Shown: in pieces, positions 9,350-19,810 of the stretch
Layout: the number at the start of each line of letters is the position of its first letter
Position numbering within the stretch: the first letter of the stretch is position 1
Assembly (NCBI GenBank): GCA_035444565.1
Contig: DAOMOX010000005.1
Coordinates: 5,045 to 69,044, forward strand
Reading direction: 5' to 3'
DNA length: 64,000 nucleotides
Source: Candidatus Dojkabacteria bacterium
GTDB taxonomy: Bacteria > Patescibacteriota > Dojkabacteria > B142 > OLB20
Notes under the pieces: model-generated
What the model was told of the DNA's origin: nothing
The model's database searches: none
Seen by the model: the letters and a program-made list of their open reading frames with translations, nothing else
Program-made: the position numbers and the translations under genes

Positions 9350-9705
9350 GAAGGATTGGTGATTAATAAATCAATGCCAAAAATTGCTCCGATTGTCGCA
9401 ATTATCAATGGTGCCAGCATAATTAATGCAAAACCAGTAGTGGAATAACCTATTATTAAAATAGCCTTTTTCGCTTTTTCTGGATCGGCACCTGCGGTCA
9501 GCCTGATATATCCAGCATAAAGAAGCATCGCTAAATAAAGCAATACTGCGACAGGACGTATCCACCGAGAAATGGTACTGATAGAAGTTGCAAAATCCTT
9601 AAATGCATCGCTGACGGGATTTATTAAGCCTACAGCCTGAATATTACTAGGAAAAATAATAAACAACGCTGAAATAAGAATTAATACTAAAAATGCTTTT
9701 TTCAT
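9346..9705 (-). CDS. Paralog family member P6: minimal 119-aa form (signal peptide + TM - 'GADPEKAKKAIL' - TM) with VirB2/TrbC-pilin-like topology
   Basis: Signal peptide 'MKKAFLVLILISALFIIFPSNIQA', then two hydrophobic helices separated by a short charged loop. It overlaps P5's start by 4 nt. Confidence 0.6.
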   Translation of the reverse strand: MKKAFLVLILISALFIIFPSNIQAVGLINPVSDAFKDFATSISTISRWIRPVAVLLYLAMLLYAGYIRLTAGADPEKAKKAILIIGYSTTGFALIMLAPLIIATIGAIFGIDLLITNPS

Positions 9706-9709
9706 TTAT

Positions 9710-10858
9710 TTATCCTAAGAAATTAATTGGCAATAACTGTAATAGATTGATACCTAAGAACCTCAGTAACGGGATGGTAACTGCTAATGTAATCAACGCC
9801 CAAATAGATGAAGTAATCATATCTTTGCCTTCCTGGATTTTTGCGGGATCGGTACTTTGTCTCAAAATTGACCCCCACATTATTCTCAACACTCCAAAGC
9901 CCCCTAACATACCGAAACCTATTTGAAAAAGTCTTGTAATGAATTCATTTTGCCTTGTATCAACACATCCGATAGAACTATAAACATAAGCTTTGGGTGC
10001 ATTTGGATCATTGGGATCGATGTTCTTCATAAAGCAGTCTAGACAGTTTTGTCTTTCACCTAAATCAAGAATTTCACTACATGAGGTGATGTCAGGATTA
10101 ATTGCAATCAATGTTAGGACAACAGGATCTTCAGCTTTCTGATAAGCACAGAATTTGCCAGAAAGCGAAACCCCATCCTGGAAAGAGCCTTTTAACGGAC
10201 TACCAACCGCAAGACATTTATAATCACCTCTTTGTTCCTCTGTAAGTGGTCTATTCGTTGTATTATTCTCTTCTAATAGTTCAGTACCCTCTATCAAACA
10301 AGCATCGGATGGACATGAGAATAATGTTGCGCCAATTTTATAAGGGAAACTAGAGGTTGTAGCTGTCACTTCTCGAGAACTTGTGCTTGGAACAGAATCA
10401 ACTTTGGTGTTATCACTTAACACACATTCGACTCCGATATCCTGTTTTGTCCCAGCTGGACAACACTTAAAACTACGTTGATTAACTGGGATCCCCACTG
10501 GGTATTCCCGAGGACAACATCCACGATCTGTATATCCTGATTCTCCAAGAACAATAGGGATGATTGAACCTGTATCACAAAACTTTACGTACCTCTCGTT
10601 TGCAGTTCCTACTGGATCATCTATTTTCGATATTTGTAAAGATCTATCTAATGTACAAATTCTAAATTCCTTGGCTTCTGTCAGTGATAAACTTATACTG
10701 CCGCTATTAGAATTTCTAAACATGTCCCTAGTAATCTCATACTCACCTACTGCATTATTACAGTAATCGGATTCTACCCAAGCCTGCTGTGCACTTACTC
10801 CCTGAGGAAATACTGCAATTAACAGAAACACCCCTATGATTAATCCTAAGAATTTCAT
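9710..10858 (-). CDS. Paralog family member P7: signal peptide, about 300-aa Cys-rich extracellular domain, TM - 'STDPAKIQEGKDMI' - TM
   Basis: Signal peptide ending 'GVSAQ'. More than 20 Cys in the N-domain and the conserved module at the C-terminus. It starts 3 nt after the ATPase stop. Confidence 0.6.
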   Translation of the reverse strand: MKFLGLIIGVFLLIAVFPQGVSAQQAWVESDYCNNAVGEYEITRDMFRNSNSGSISLSLTEAKEFRICTLDRSLQISKIDDPVGTANERYVKFCDTGSIIPIVLGESGYTDRGCCPREYPVGIPVNQRSFKCCPAGTKQDIGVECVLSDNTKVDSVPSTSSREVTATTSSFPYKIGATLFSCPSDACLIEGTELLEENNTTNRPLTEEQRGDYKCLAVGSPLKGSFQDGVSLSGKFCAYQKAEDPVVLTLIAINPDITSCSEILDLGERQNCLDCFMKNIDPNDPNAPKAYVYSSIGCVDTRQNEFITRLFQIGFGMLGGFGVLRIMWGSILRQSTDPAKIQEGKDMITSSIWALITLAVTIPLLRFLGINLLQLLPINFLG

Positions 10859-10861
10859 AAT

Positions 10862-13438
10862 TTATTTAATTGTATATTTATTTAAACTTTCTATGAATAT
10901 CGTACTTCCACTTTGTAATTTCCTCTCGATTATTAACTGAGCAACTAGATCTTCAATTGTGTCTGTCACCACTCTTCTTAATTCTCTCGCTCCGTATAAA
11001 TTATTGTAACCTAAATTTGCCAACTCTTGTAGCAAGTGTCTACTATATTCAAGTTTTATCCCTTTATCAAACAACCTATCTGCAACTGACTTCATCATTA
11101 AATTGGCTATTTCTTCTACCTCCATTCTAAGCAAAGGCTTGAACATAATCAACTTATCAAATCTATTGAGGAACTCAATCCTCAAGAAATTTCTTAAAGT
11201 TGGCATAATTGCTTCCAGAACTTCACTGTAACGGCGACCTTGAGAAATTAAATCTGCAATTTCTTTCGATGCGACATTAGAAGTTGCAATAATTATCGTA
11301 TTGGTGAAAATTACTTCTCTACCCATTCCATCAGTGATTTTTCCCTCATCCAAAATTTGCAAGAATAAATCAAGTACTCGAGGATTCGCTTTTTCGATTT
11401 CATCAAGTAGAATTAATGCGTATGGTTTTGCTTTTACCGCCTCCGTCAAATACCCTCCCACGAACTCCTCACCTTCTTGCATACCGATTAGTCTTCCTAG
11501 ATTTCTATCTTCTTGGTATTCAGACATATCGAGCCTAATCATCTTCTCTTCATCACCAAAGTATAGTTCAGCGACTGTTTTTGCCAACTCGGTTTTACCA
11601 ACTCCAGTTGGTCCGAAAAATAGGAAACTCGCAACTGGTCTGTTTTTATTGGTAAGACCAGCTCTGGATCTTCGAAGTGCAGCAGCTACCGCGTCCACTG
11701 CCTGATGTTGACCGATAACTCTCTTATGAAGTTCGATTTCGAGTTTATTGAGAAAATCTGATTCTTTCATACTAATACTTCCGATTTCTACACCAACTTT
11801 TCCTGCTACCAATTTATCCACAACCTCTCGGTCAACCACAGTCTTACCTACTGCAAGTGCACGAGAAATCGCTTCTTCTAATAAATTAATAGCTTTATCA
11901 GGTAACACCCTCTCAAAGGCAAACTTGTGTGATAACTCGACAGAACGATCCGCAGCTTCAAAAGCAATTTTGACTTTGTATGTTTTTTCAAGTTCAGGAA
12001 TGAAGTCAAATAGTATTTGAAGTGCAATTTCATCAGTAGGCACCTCCATTTTCATTTTATTAAACAAAGCATCAAGAGCTTTGTATGGTTTTATGTGTCT
12101 AGTGTATCCTTCAACAGAACTAGTTGCTATGATTCTGAGCTTGTGAACATTCATTGCATCAGTAAGTAGATTTATAATCTCTGCACTCAACTCTTTCTTT
12201 ACATTGACCAGCTCATCTAAATCATCAATCACAAGAATAATATTTTTAGCTTTTGCCACTTCTTGGACTATATTTTCGACCGTGGCTTTAAATTGTTGTT
12301 CGTTCTCAGCCAATGCATATGCCCTATTGAAATCAAAACCAACCAAACGCATATCTTGAATTATTTTGGGGACGTCCTCTACCACCATTTTAATTGCGAA
12401 GTTTTTTATAAATGTAGTTTTACCTACTCCTGGTTGCCCCAGTACTAGAGATGCACTTGATTCCCCTGACGTTACCATTGCGATTAAGTTCTTTAGTTCA
12501 TTTTCTCTTGCGTAAGATAATTCGAAATTGCCTTGGACGATTTCCGCGGTGAAATCACGTGAAAATTTAACCAAACTTGGGGAAAACACTGAAGTGTAAG
12601 CGCGATTAACCGTCGAAGTTGGTTTAAGCATGCTTTTTGTTCTGATGATTTGGAGATACCTGGCTCTCTTACTGAGATTCTGCGCCCATAGTCTCATCGC
12701 ATCAACTTCATTCTCGCCTACTTCAAGTTTCAGTAGTTCATTTTTAAGATCGGTTTTGCAAAGATGGATAAATAGAGACAACTCATCTGCCTTCTTGAAT
12801 CCATTCTCTATTGCAATAATAAAACTCTCACGCAAAACCAATGCTAATTTTTCTTCATCGAAATTCACATTATTTACTGTATGAATCAAATTATTTAACG
12901 TCTCAACACTCAATCCTAAGCGAGTACTAGCTGTTTTGACAAGTTCGAGAAAACTCAGCTCTTCTAGAATTTTCTCTAATATGTTACTTCCGTCTTTCCT
13001 TGCAAGAACTTCATCAATTAAATTTATTAAATCTTTATCAAAGTAGTCAGTAATATCTATTTCTGCTGGATTTTCTGCTTTTTCAAATTTAACACGGAGT
13101 CCGTCAAAATCTCTTTGTCCAAACTTGTCCAAAAAGACATTTCTATCTCTAACCAAATAAGCACCATAAGAGATTAATCCGAGCCCCATATAGAGAATTA
13201 ACTTTGCAAACGTGTCTACATAAATAATTTCAGAAAGAATGAATCTTGAATTGAAGTACGCCTCGTAAAGAGCAAAAATACAAATAATTACAACAGTGAA
13301 GAAAATTAATATCCACCCAATAATAAATTCGATTTTCTGGAGTTCTTTCCTCAGCCCAAACTCTTTCGATAAATAACCGAAGTTAATTTTTAATTTTGTT
13401 TTTCTATACTCACCAAGTGAGTTGATACGTTTAAGCAT
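10862..13438 (-). CDS. Membrane-anchored Hsp100/Clp-family double-AAA+ ATPase (ClpB/ClpC-like D1 + D2) with a two-TM N-terminal region replacing Clp_N; no ClpP-docking loop
   Basis: D1 Walker A 'GQPGVGKTT' and Walker B 'ILVIDDLDEL'. D2 has 'GPTGVGKTELAKT', 'ILLDEIEKANPRVLDLFLQILDEGKITDGMGREV', sensor 'IIIATSN', 'EFLNRFDKLIMFKPL' and 'GARELRRVV'. N-terminal TMs are 'IIGWILIFFTVVIICIFALY' and 'LILYMGLGLISYGAYLV'. There is no long coiled-coil M-domain and no IGF/IGL loop. Confidence 0.8.
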   Translation of the reverse strand: MLKRINSLGEYRKTKLKINFGYLSKEFGLRKELQKIEFIIGWILIFFTVVIICIFALYEAYFNSRFILSEIIYVDTFAKLILYMGLGLISYGAYLVRDRNVFLDKFGQRDFDGLRVKFEKAENPAEIDITDYFDKDLINLIDEVLARKDGSNILEKILEELSFLELVKTASTRLGLSVETLNNLIHTVNNVNFDEEKLALVLRESFIIAIENGFKKADELSLFIHLCKTDLKNELLKLEVGENEVDAMRLWAQNLSKRARYLQIIRTKSMLKPTSTVNRAYTSVFSPSLVKFSRDFTAEIVQGNFELSYARENELKNLIAMVTSGESSASLVLGQPGVGKTTFIKNFAIKMVVEDVPKIIQDMRLVGFDFNRAYALAENEQQFKATVENIVQEVAKAKNIILVIDDLDELVNVKKELSAEIINLLTDAMNVHKLRIIATSSVEGYTRHIKPYKALDALFNKMKMEVPTDEIALQILFDFIPELEKTYKVKIAFEAADRSVELSHKFAFERVLPDKAINLLEEAISRALAVGKTVVDREVVDKLVAGKVGVEIGSISMKESDFLNKLEIELHKRVIGQHQAVDAVAAALRRSRAGLTNKNRPVASFLFFGPTGVGKTELAKTVAELYFGDEEKMIRLDMSEYQEDRNLGRLIGMQEGEEFVGGYLTEAVKAKPYALILLDEIEKANPRVLDLFLQILDEGKITDGMGREVIFTNTIIIATSNVASKEIADLISQGRRYSEVLEAIMPTLRNFLRIEFLNRFDKLIMFKPLLRMEVEEIANLMMKSVADRLFDKGIKLEYSRHLLQELANLGYNNLYGARELRRVVTDTIEDLVAQLIIERKLQSGSTIFIESLNKYTIK

Positions 13439-13766
13439 TCAGTAAAAAAGATGCGAATCCGTAAATCGGAATCACAGGTAAAATCAGATAAATTATGAAA
13501 ATTATCAAAATGATAGGAAGAAGAAGTAATTCAATAAATAACCCCATCAAAACCCATGTCAAACGTATAGGAAAAGCAATAATACGACCCATCCTGGTGT
13601 AGTCCTGATAAAGTGGCTGAAATAGATTTTTAAGCATCGGTGGGACATTCAACAAATTCATCAAGAACATCCATCCACCAAAAACTTTACCCAAGATAAT
13701 CTTGGATTGGACAAGGTACCACCAAATAAAATAATTTAGAAAATATCGATTTAGTAAATTGAGCAT
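13431..13766 (-). CDS. Small polytopic membrane protein, first gene of the ATPase / paralog operon
   Basis: 111 aa with three or four hydrophobic segments. Its stop overlaps the ATPase start by 8 nt, which indicates translational coupling. Confidence 0.45.
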   Translation of the reverse strand: MLNLLNRYFLNYFIWWYLVQSKIILGKVFGGWMFLMNLLNVPPMLKNLFQPLYQDYTRMGRIIAFPIRLTWVLMGLFIELLLLPIILIIFIIYLILPVIPIYGFASFLLNA

Positions 13767-13842
13767 TTTTAGAGTTATTTCTCTAATTGTAGTTGAATTT
13801 GGTTACTCTATCAATGAAAAATCTAAACTACTATTTATAACA

Positions 13843-13873
13843 AAAAAGATCCCGCACTAAATGCGGGATCTAA
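13843..13873 (-). terminator. Rho-independent terminator of the groESL operon
   Basis: Perfect inverted repeat gatcccgca / tgcgggatc with a 5-nt loop, followed on the minus strand by a T-run. It lies just downstream of the groEL stop at 13897. Confidence 0.7.
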
Positions 13874-13896
13874 TATTCTCAGTTCGTAGGATACAA

Positions 13897-15835
<1,939 letters not shown>

Positions 15836-15877
15836 ATGATTATTGGATTAATAAATAATTTAATTAGTTGAGAGAAA

Positions 15878-15904
15878 TTAGCACTCTCGGACTTTGTGTG
15901 ATAA
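15878..15904. promoter_or_regulatory. CIRCE-like inverted repeat (candidate HrcA operator) upstream of groES
   Basis: TTAGCACTC-N9-GTGTGATAA against the consensus TTAGCACTC-N9-GAGTGCTAA. The left arm is perfect and the right arm has 2 mismatches. It lies in the groES 5' region. Confidence 0.45.
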
Positions 15905-15979
15905 GTGTGAAATTTTATGATAAATTTGTCACCTGTGTCAAGGCGACCAATCGAACTACTTATCCTGCAAGTGATTATA

Positions 15980-17848
15980 TCATTTGAAAATGATATTTTC
16001 TCTTTTAGAAGGAATTTTTCTCAAATTCTCAGGGATGTAGTCAGGTTTGTATGTGATATTGACTTTCTCAATCTGTTCTAGTTCTTCTAGATATTTTTTC
16101 GCCTCATCAATAGTTTTTCCTGAAATTTGATCTTTTTGTTCTTCTAGTTGAAGGTTTTCATTTACCTCACCTTTTGCTACTAATTCAAAGGTGATTTTTG
16201 TTCCCTCCACTTTCACATTTTTTACTTCAAAATCGTCGACTTTGATTTCGGCTTGATCGGTAGCTTTCTCACTTTTCTTGATGATTTCTTCTGCCATAGA
16301 TTTGATATCCTCTTCCTGCAACTTCACAGCGGTGACTTTCATCTTCAGGTCCACCGAGAAATTCTCTGCTTCTTCATCATTCTGAACAGTTTGTTCAAGA
16401 CTGACTTGCTCATACTTCTGTGAACCTTCAAGTAAAATCTCACCTTTAGACAACTGCGATTTTAGATTTGTTTGAAGATTGCCTTTTATTGCAGTTTCGA
16501 GACCCTGTTTAACTTTTGCAACATCATCTGCTGTTACGACGGTAATTTCTTCTGTTTTGCCTCCCGTAATATCTCTGAAACCGAAACCAATAAGTTGATC
16601 CGTAGTAAAACCCTGGATACGGAATGTTGCAGGTTCAGTTATATTATAGTTGTCTCCAAAGCCTTTAGCTTGTACTGGAATATCTTTCTCGTAAGAATCA
16701 ATTGCAATTGTAGTGTTCTCAATTAACTCATACTCTAGATTTGTTGAAATGTCTATTACGATCTGGCCCTTCGCGAGATTAACTGCCGATTCTTCGCTTT
16801 TGTTTCTCATCTCAATGATACCTTTAGCGTACTCTCCTGTTTCTTTTTTACCTGTCGCAACACCATCTCCAGAGGAAGATTCCTCCAGTCCAAGTTCAGT
16901 TCCAGGAATAATCAAATTTTCACTATCAATCTCAGTCGCAAGAGTGGAAACAGTAATCATTTCATTTATATTACCTTCGGATTGGTTGAACTCTACTTCA
17001 ATCTCAACCTTGGCCATATTTTTGTAACTATATGCAAATGCACCGCCAAAGAGCAATAGTAGTAATAGTAAAGCTAAACCGACAATTATAAGCAGTTTTT
17101 TAATATTTCTTTTTTTCTTGGGACCACTTTCTTTTAACCTTCGTGTTGCAACATTTGCAGATTGTTTCTCTTCTGTAGGTTTTTCTGGCTCAGCAATAAT
17201 TTCAGGTTTTTCGACTTCTGATTCTTTCTCGTCTTTTTTTATCTCAACTCCAGTAACTGGTGTGCTTAAGTCTTTTAATTCATTAATATCACCACCTGAA
17301 GCAATCGCGATACCTCCCAGAGTAACGATTTTCGGACTTAGTCGAGGCTTTTCCCCGAATATCTCTTTTTCCGTATGTTCGATTGGTTTAGTTATCTCTG
17401 GTTCTTTCTGTTCTTCGATTTTTTCGGTAACCTCAGGTTTCACTTCTTCAACATCCTCTGGAACAACCTCCTCCTCGACTACCTCTTCGGGCATTCTAGA
17501 AGTAAGTAATTCTTTTTTAATTCCCTCCTTATGTTCTCTGAGTTCATTCTTTATTGCTAAAGCTTCATCCCAAGCAGATTTATCCACTAGACTAATTTTG
17601 TCACGAACCACTAGATTGGCTTTACCTGCTAATTTTATGCCTGTAGGATTGTCCGTTACCAGGATTAATAATTTATTAGAGTCAATTAATTGTTTAGATA
17701 ACAATTTCAAACTAATAACGCTACTTACCACACCGCTAGTTGCTGGGATTACTAATATCACACGCGATGTTGCTGCACGTAAAATCTTCTCAACGACGAA
17801 TATGATTTCGTCATCCTGATCAACAAATATTTTCTCTATCGTCTGCAT
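15980..17848 (-). CDS. Bitopic membrane protein of unknown function, translationally coupled to ftsA
   Basis: About 250-aa cytoplasmic N-terminus containing an E/K-rich low-complexity linker, a single TM 'LLIIVGLALLLLLLLFGGAFAY' and a roughly 350-aa extracytoplasmic C-terminus. Its start overlaps the ftsA stop by 1 nt. Confidence 0.5.
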   Translation of the reverse strand: MQTIEKIFVDQDDEIIFVVEKILRAATSRVILVIPATSGVVSSVISLKLLSKQLIDSNKLLILVTDNPTGIKLAGKANLVVRDKISLVDKSAWDEALAIKNELREHKEGIKKELLTSRMPEEVVEEEVVPEDVEEVKPEVTEKIEEQKEPEITKPIEHTEKEIFGEKPRLSPKIVTLGGIAIASGGDINELKDLSTPVTGVEIKKDEKESEVEKPEIIAEPEKPTEEKQSANVATRRLKESGPKKKRNIKKLLIIVGLALLLLLLLFGGAFAYSYKNMAKVEIEVEFNQSEGNINEMITVSTLATEIDSENLIIPGTELGLEESSSGDGVATGKKETGEYAKGIIEMRNKSEESAVNLAKGQIVIDISTNLEYELIENTTIAIDSYEKDIPVQAKGFGDNYNITEPATFRIQGFTTDQLIGFGFRDITGGKTEEITVVTADDVAKVKQGLETAIKGNLQTNLKSQLSKGEILLEGSQKYEQVSLEQTVQNDEEAENFSVDLKMKVTAVKLQEEDIKSMAEEIIKKSEKATDQAEIKVDDFEVKNVKVEGTKITFELVAKGEVNENLQLEEQKDQISGKTIDEAKKYLEELEQIEKVNITYKPDYIPENLRKIPSKRENIIFK

Positions 17849-19104
17849 TATTTTTTATCTAATTCAAAATACATCCTTGCAAGTGCAAGAGGCGCTATGT
17901 CCTCAGGACCAGTTATACTTCGAGATACATCATTAATATCTTCAAGTTGCTTAGGATACAAATACTCAATCTTTGGATGTTTAGCAAAAGGCAATGTTTG
18001 TAACCATGCATATTCTTGAAGAGACTCTTTTATTTCAGGTAGCCCAGACCCTCCTCCGCAAAGATAAAATACGGTAGGATAACTATCAATATCTTCGATT
18101 TCTGAAAGTGACAACTCAACACCTTGTGCCCAAACTAAGCAGTCTTTAGTCAACATTTCTCTAATTGCTCTGCTCTGAGTTTCGTTTACTGCACCATTAC
18201 TATAATCAATTTTGATTTTTTCGGCGTCTTCAATTTGAACTTTTAATTTATTTGAAATTCTCTTTGTGAAAACTTTACCACCATAAGCGAACATTTTGGT
18301 AGCGATAACACTCCCTCGGTCAACCACAGCAATATCAGTAGTACCTCCACCAATATCAATAATCACAGCAGAGAATTTCTCACTTTTTGCGTCTTTGACT
18401 GCTCTAGCTACAGCATATGGCTCAACTTCGATTGATAAGATTTCTAATCCAAGTTGAGATGCAATTTCCTTGAGGGAATTTAAGTGCAAAGAAGGAGCAA
18501 AAGTTGAGAATACTCGATAACTTATATTCTCTCCGGTCATACCTAGTGGACGATCAACTTGAACACCATCAATGTATGTAGCATTAATTTTTGTGTTAAT
18601 TTCTTGAAGCCTTTTGGTCTCGATTCCGGTTTCCTCGGAAATGTCGTTGATAGCTTGATTAAATGAGTATTCCTTTATACTGGTAATAACTTCGTCAATT
18701 TCTTTCTGTTCAATTTTTACGTCAGGCTCTTCTCTCGAATAATCAGCAATGATAGTCACACCTTTTACAAGTTCTCCAGCGATACCTAAAAGTGCTTTTT
18801 CAGGTGCGGGAGTAACGTACTCAACACCTAATTCCTTGCTCATGATTTCATCGGCATGATTCAGTGCTTCTCCGATAGCTTTGTCACAAGCATTTACAAC
18901 GTGCTCTATGTTAATGACCATAGCGCCTTTCATTGAAGAGCCATGTTGCCTACTACGGCCATAGCCAAGTACTTTTATGGAAGAATCACCTTCTTCGACT
19001 GTGAAGATAACAGCTTTTACGAATTCAGTACCGACGTCAAGCGCCAAGAGCACTTCGTTATCTGTTTTATTTGTTTTGCTGAGAAATGGCAGTTTCATTT
19101 TCAT
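17848..19104 (-). CDS. ftsA: Cell-division actin-like ATPase FtsA
   Basis: 'LALDVGTEFVKAV', 'GYGRSRQHGSSMKGAMVINIEHVVNACDKAIGEA' (compare E. coli FtsA 'GVGSCPSRGMDKGGVNDLESVV..AI') and 'VIIDIGGGTTDIAVV' actin-fold phosphate-2 motif. Length 418 aa. Confidence 0.75.
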   Translation of the reverse strand: MKMKLPFLSKTNKTDNEVLLALDVGTEFVKAVIFTVEEGDSSIKVLGYGRSRQHGSSMKGAMVINIEHVVNACDKAIGEALNHADEIMSKELGVEYVTPAPEKALLGIAGELVKGVTIIADYSREEPDVKIEQKEIDEVITSIKEYSFNQAINDISEETGIETKRLQEINTKINATYIDGVQVDRPLGMTGENISYRVFSTFAPSLHLNSLKEIASQLGLEILSIEVEPYAVARAVKDAKSEKFSAVIIDIGGGTTDIAVVDRGSVIATKMFAYGGKVFTKRISNKLKVQIEDAEKIKIDYSNGAVNETQSRAIREMLTKDCLVWAQGVELSLSEIEDIDSYPTVFYLCGGGSGLPEIKESLQEYAWLQTLPFAKHPKIEYLYPKQLEDINDVSRSITGPEDIAPLALARMYFELDKK

Positions 19105-19140
19105 AGGTTATAGTTTAGCAGGTATCACCTCAAATTATAA

Positions 19141-19740
19141 CTATTTCATTCCTAAATTTTCATATACCAAACTTGGGATATCTTCCCAAGCCAACACTTT
19201 ATGTACATATTCTGAAGTATAGTTTTTATTCCATGGCTTGATAGGCATAATAGTAACAATATTATAATTTTTTGCCTGTTCAGCAAATATTGGTGCATCA
19301 TCAATTAGCAACGGTATCTTCTTTCCCTTTAAATAAGTTCCCTTTTTCCTTGTGAATTCGATTTCATTATTAAAATAAAGATTGTTATCTCTTAGCCACT
19401 TAATCGTTTTAGTCCTAAGTTCAAAATTTGTGAGATTATCCCTCGATGACACATATACTACCTCTACCCCTTCTTTCATCAAGTCATGTATGGACTCATA
19501 TACACCCGGGAATACAGGCATGGAAAACATTTTATTAAGATACTCTTCAGACTTGATCACAAGATTGGTTTCATCTTTATTGACCAAACCGGAATCCAGA
19601 AATTTACCCGTAATAGACTTACAAGAATTGTAGTCAAGTTCTCTATTAAAGAAATTTTCAAATACGTCACAGAATATACTTTGAGTATCTAACAAAGTAT
19701 CATCAATATCGATTGCTATCTTTTTATTCATATTAAGCAC
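19141..19740 (-). CDS. HAD-superfamily hydrolase, 5'(3')-deoxyribonucleotidase-like
   Basis: Motif I 'IAIDIDDTLLDT' (DxDxT) and motif IV 'LLIDDAPIFAEQ'. About 200 aa. Confidence 0.55.
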   Translation of the reverse strand: MLNMNKKIAIDIDDTLLDTQSIFCDVFENFFNRELDYNSCKSITGKFLDSGLVNKDETNLVIKSEEYLNKMFSMPVFPGVYESIHDLMKEGVEVVYVSSRDNLTNFELRTKTIKWLRDNNLYFNNEIEFTRKKGTYLKGKKIPLLIDDAPIFAEQAKNYNIVTIMPIKPWNKNYTSEYVHKVLAWEDIPSLVYENLGMK

Positions 19741-19810
19741 CCACTTGATAAATCACACATTATATTATATACTTTATGTCGTTATATAATACTTATATTA
19801 ATAAATCATA

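Noticed and set aside
11301-12884. Plus-strand ORFs (11301..11705, 11748..12020, 12263..12448 and 12630..12884) inside the Clp-like ATPase gene
   Set aside because: They are antisense to a gene with unmistakable AAA+ motifs. Their Ser/Thr/Pro-rich translations are typical of shadow frames.
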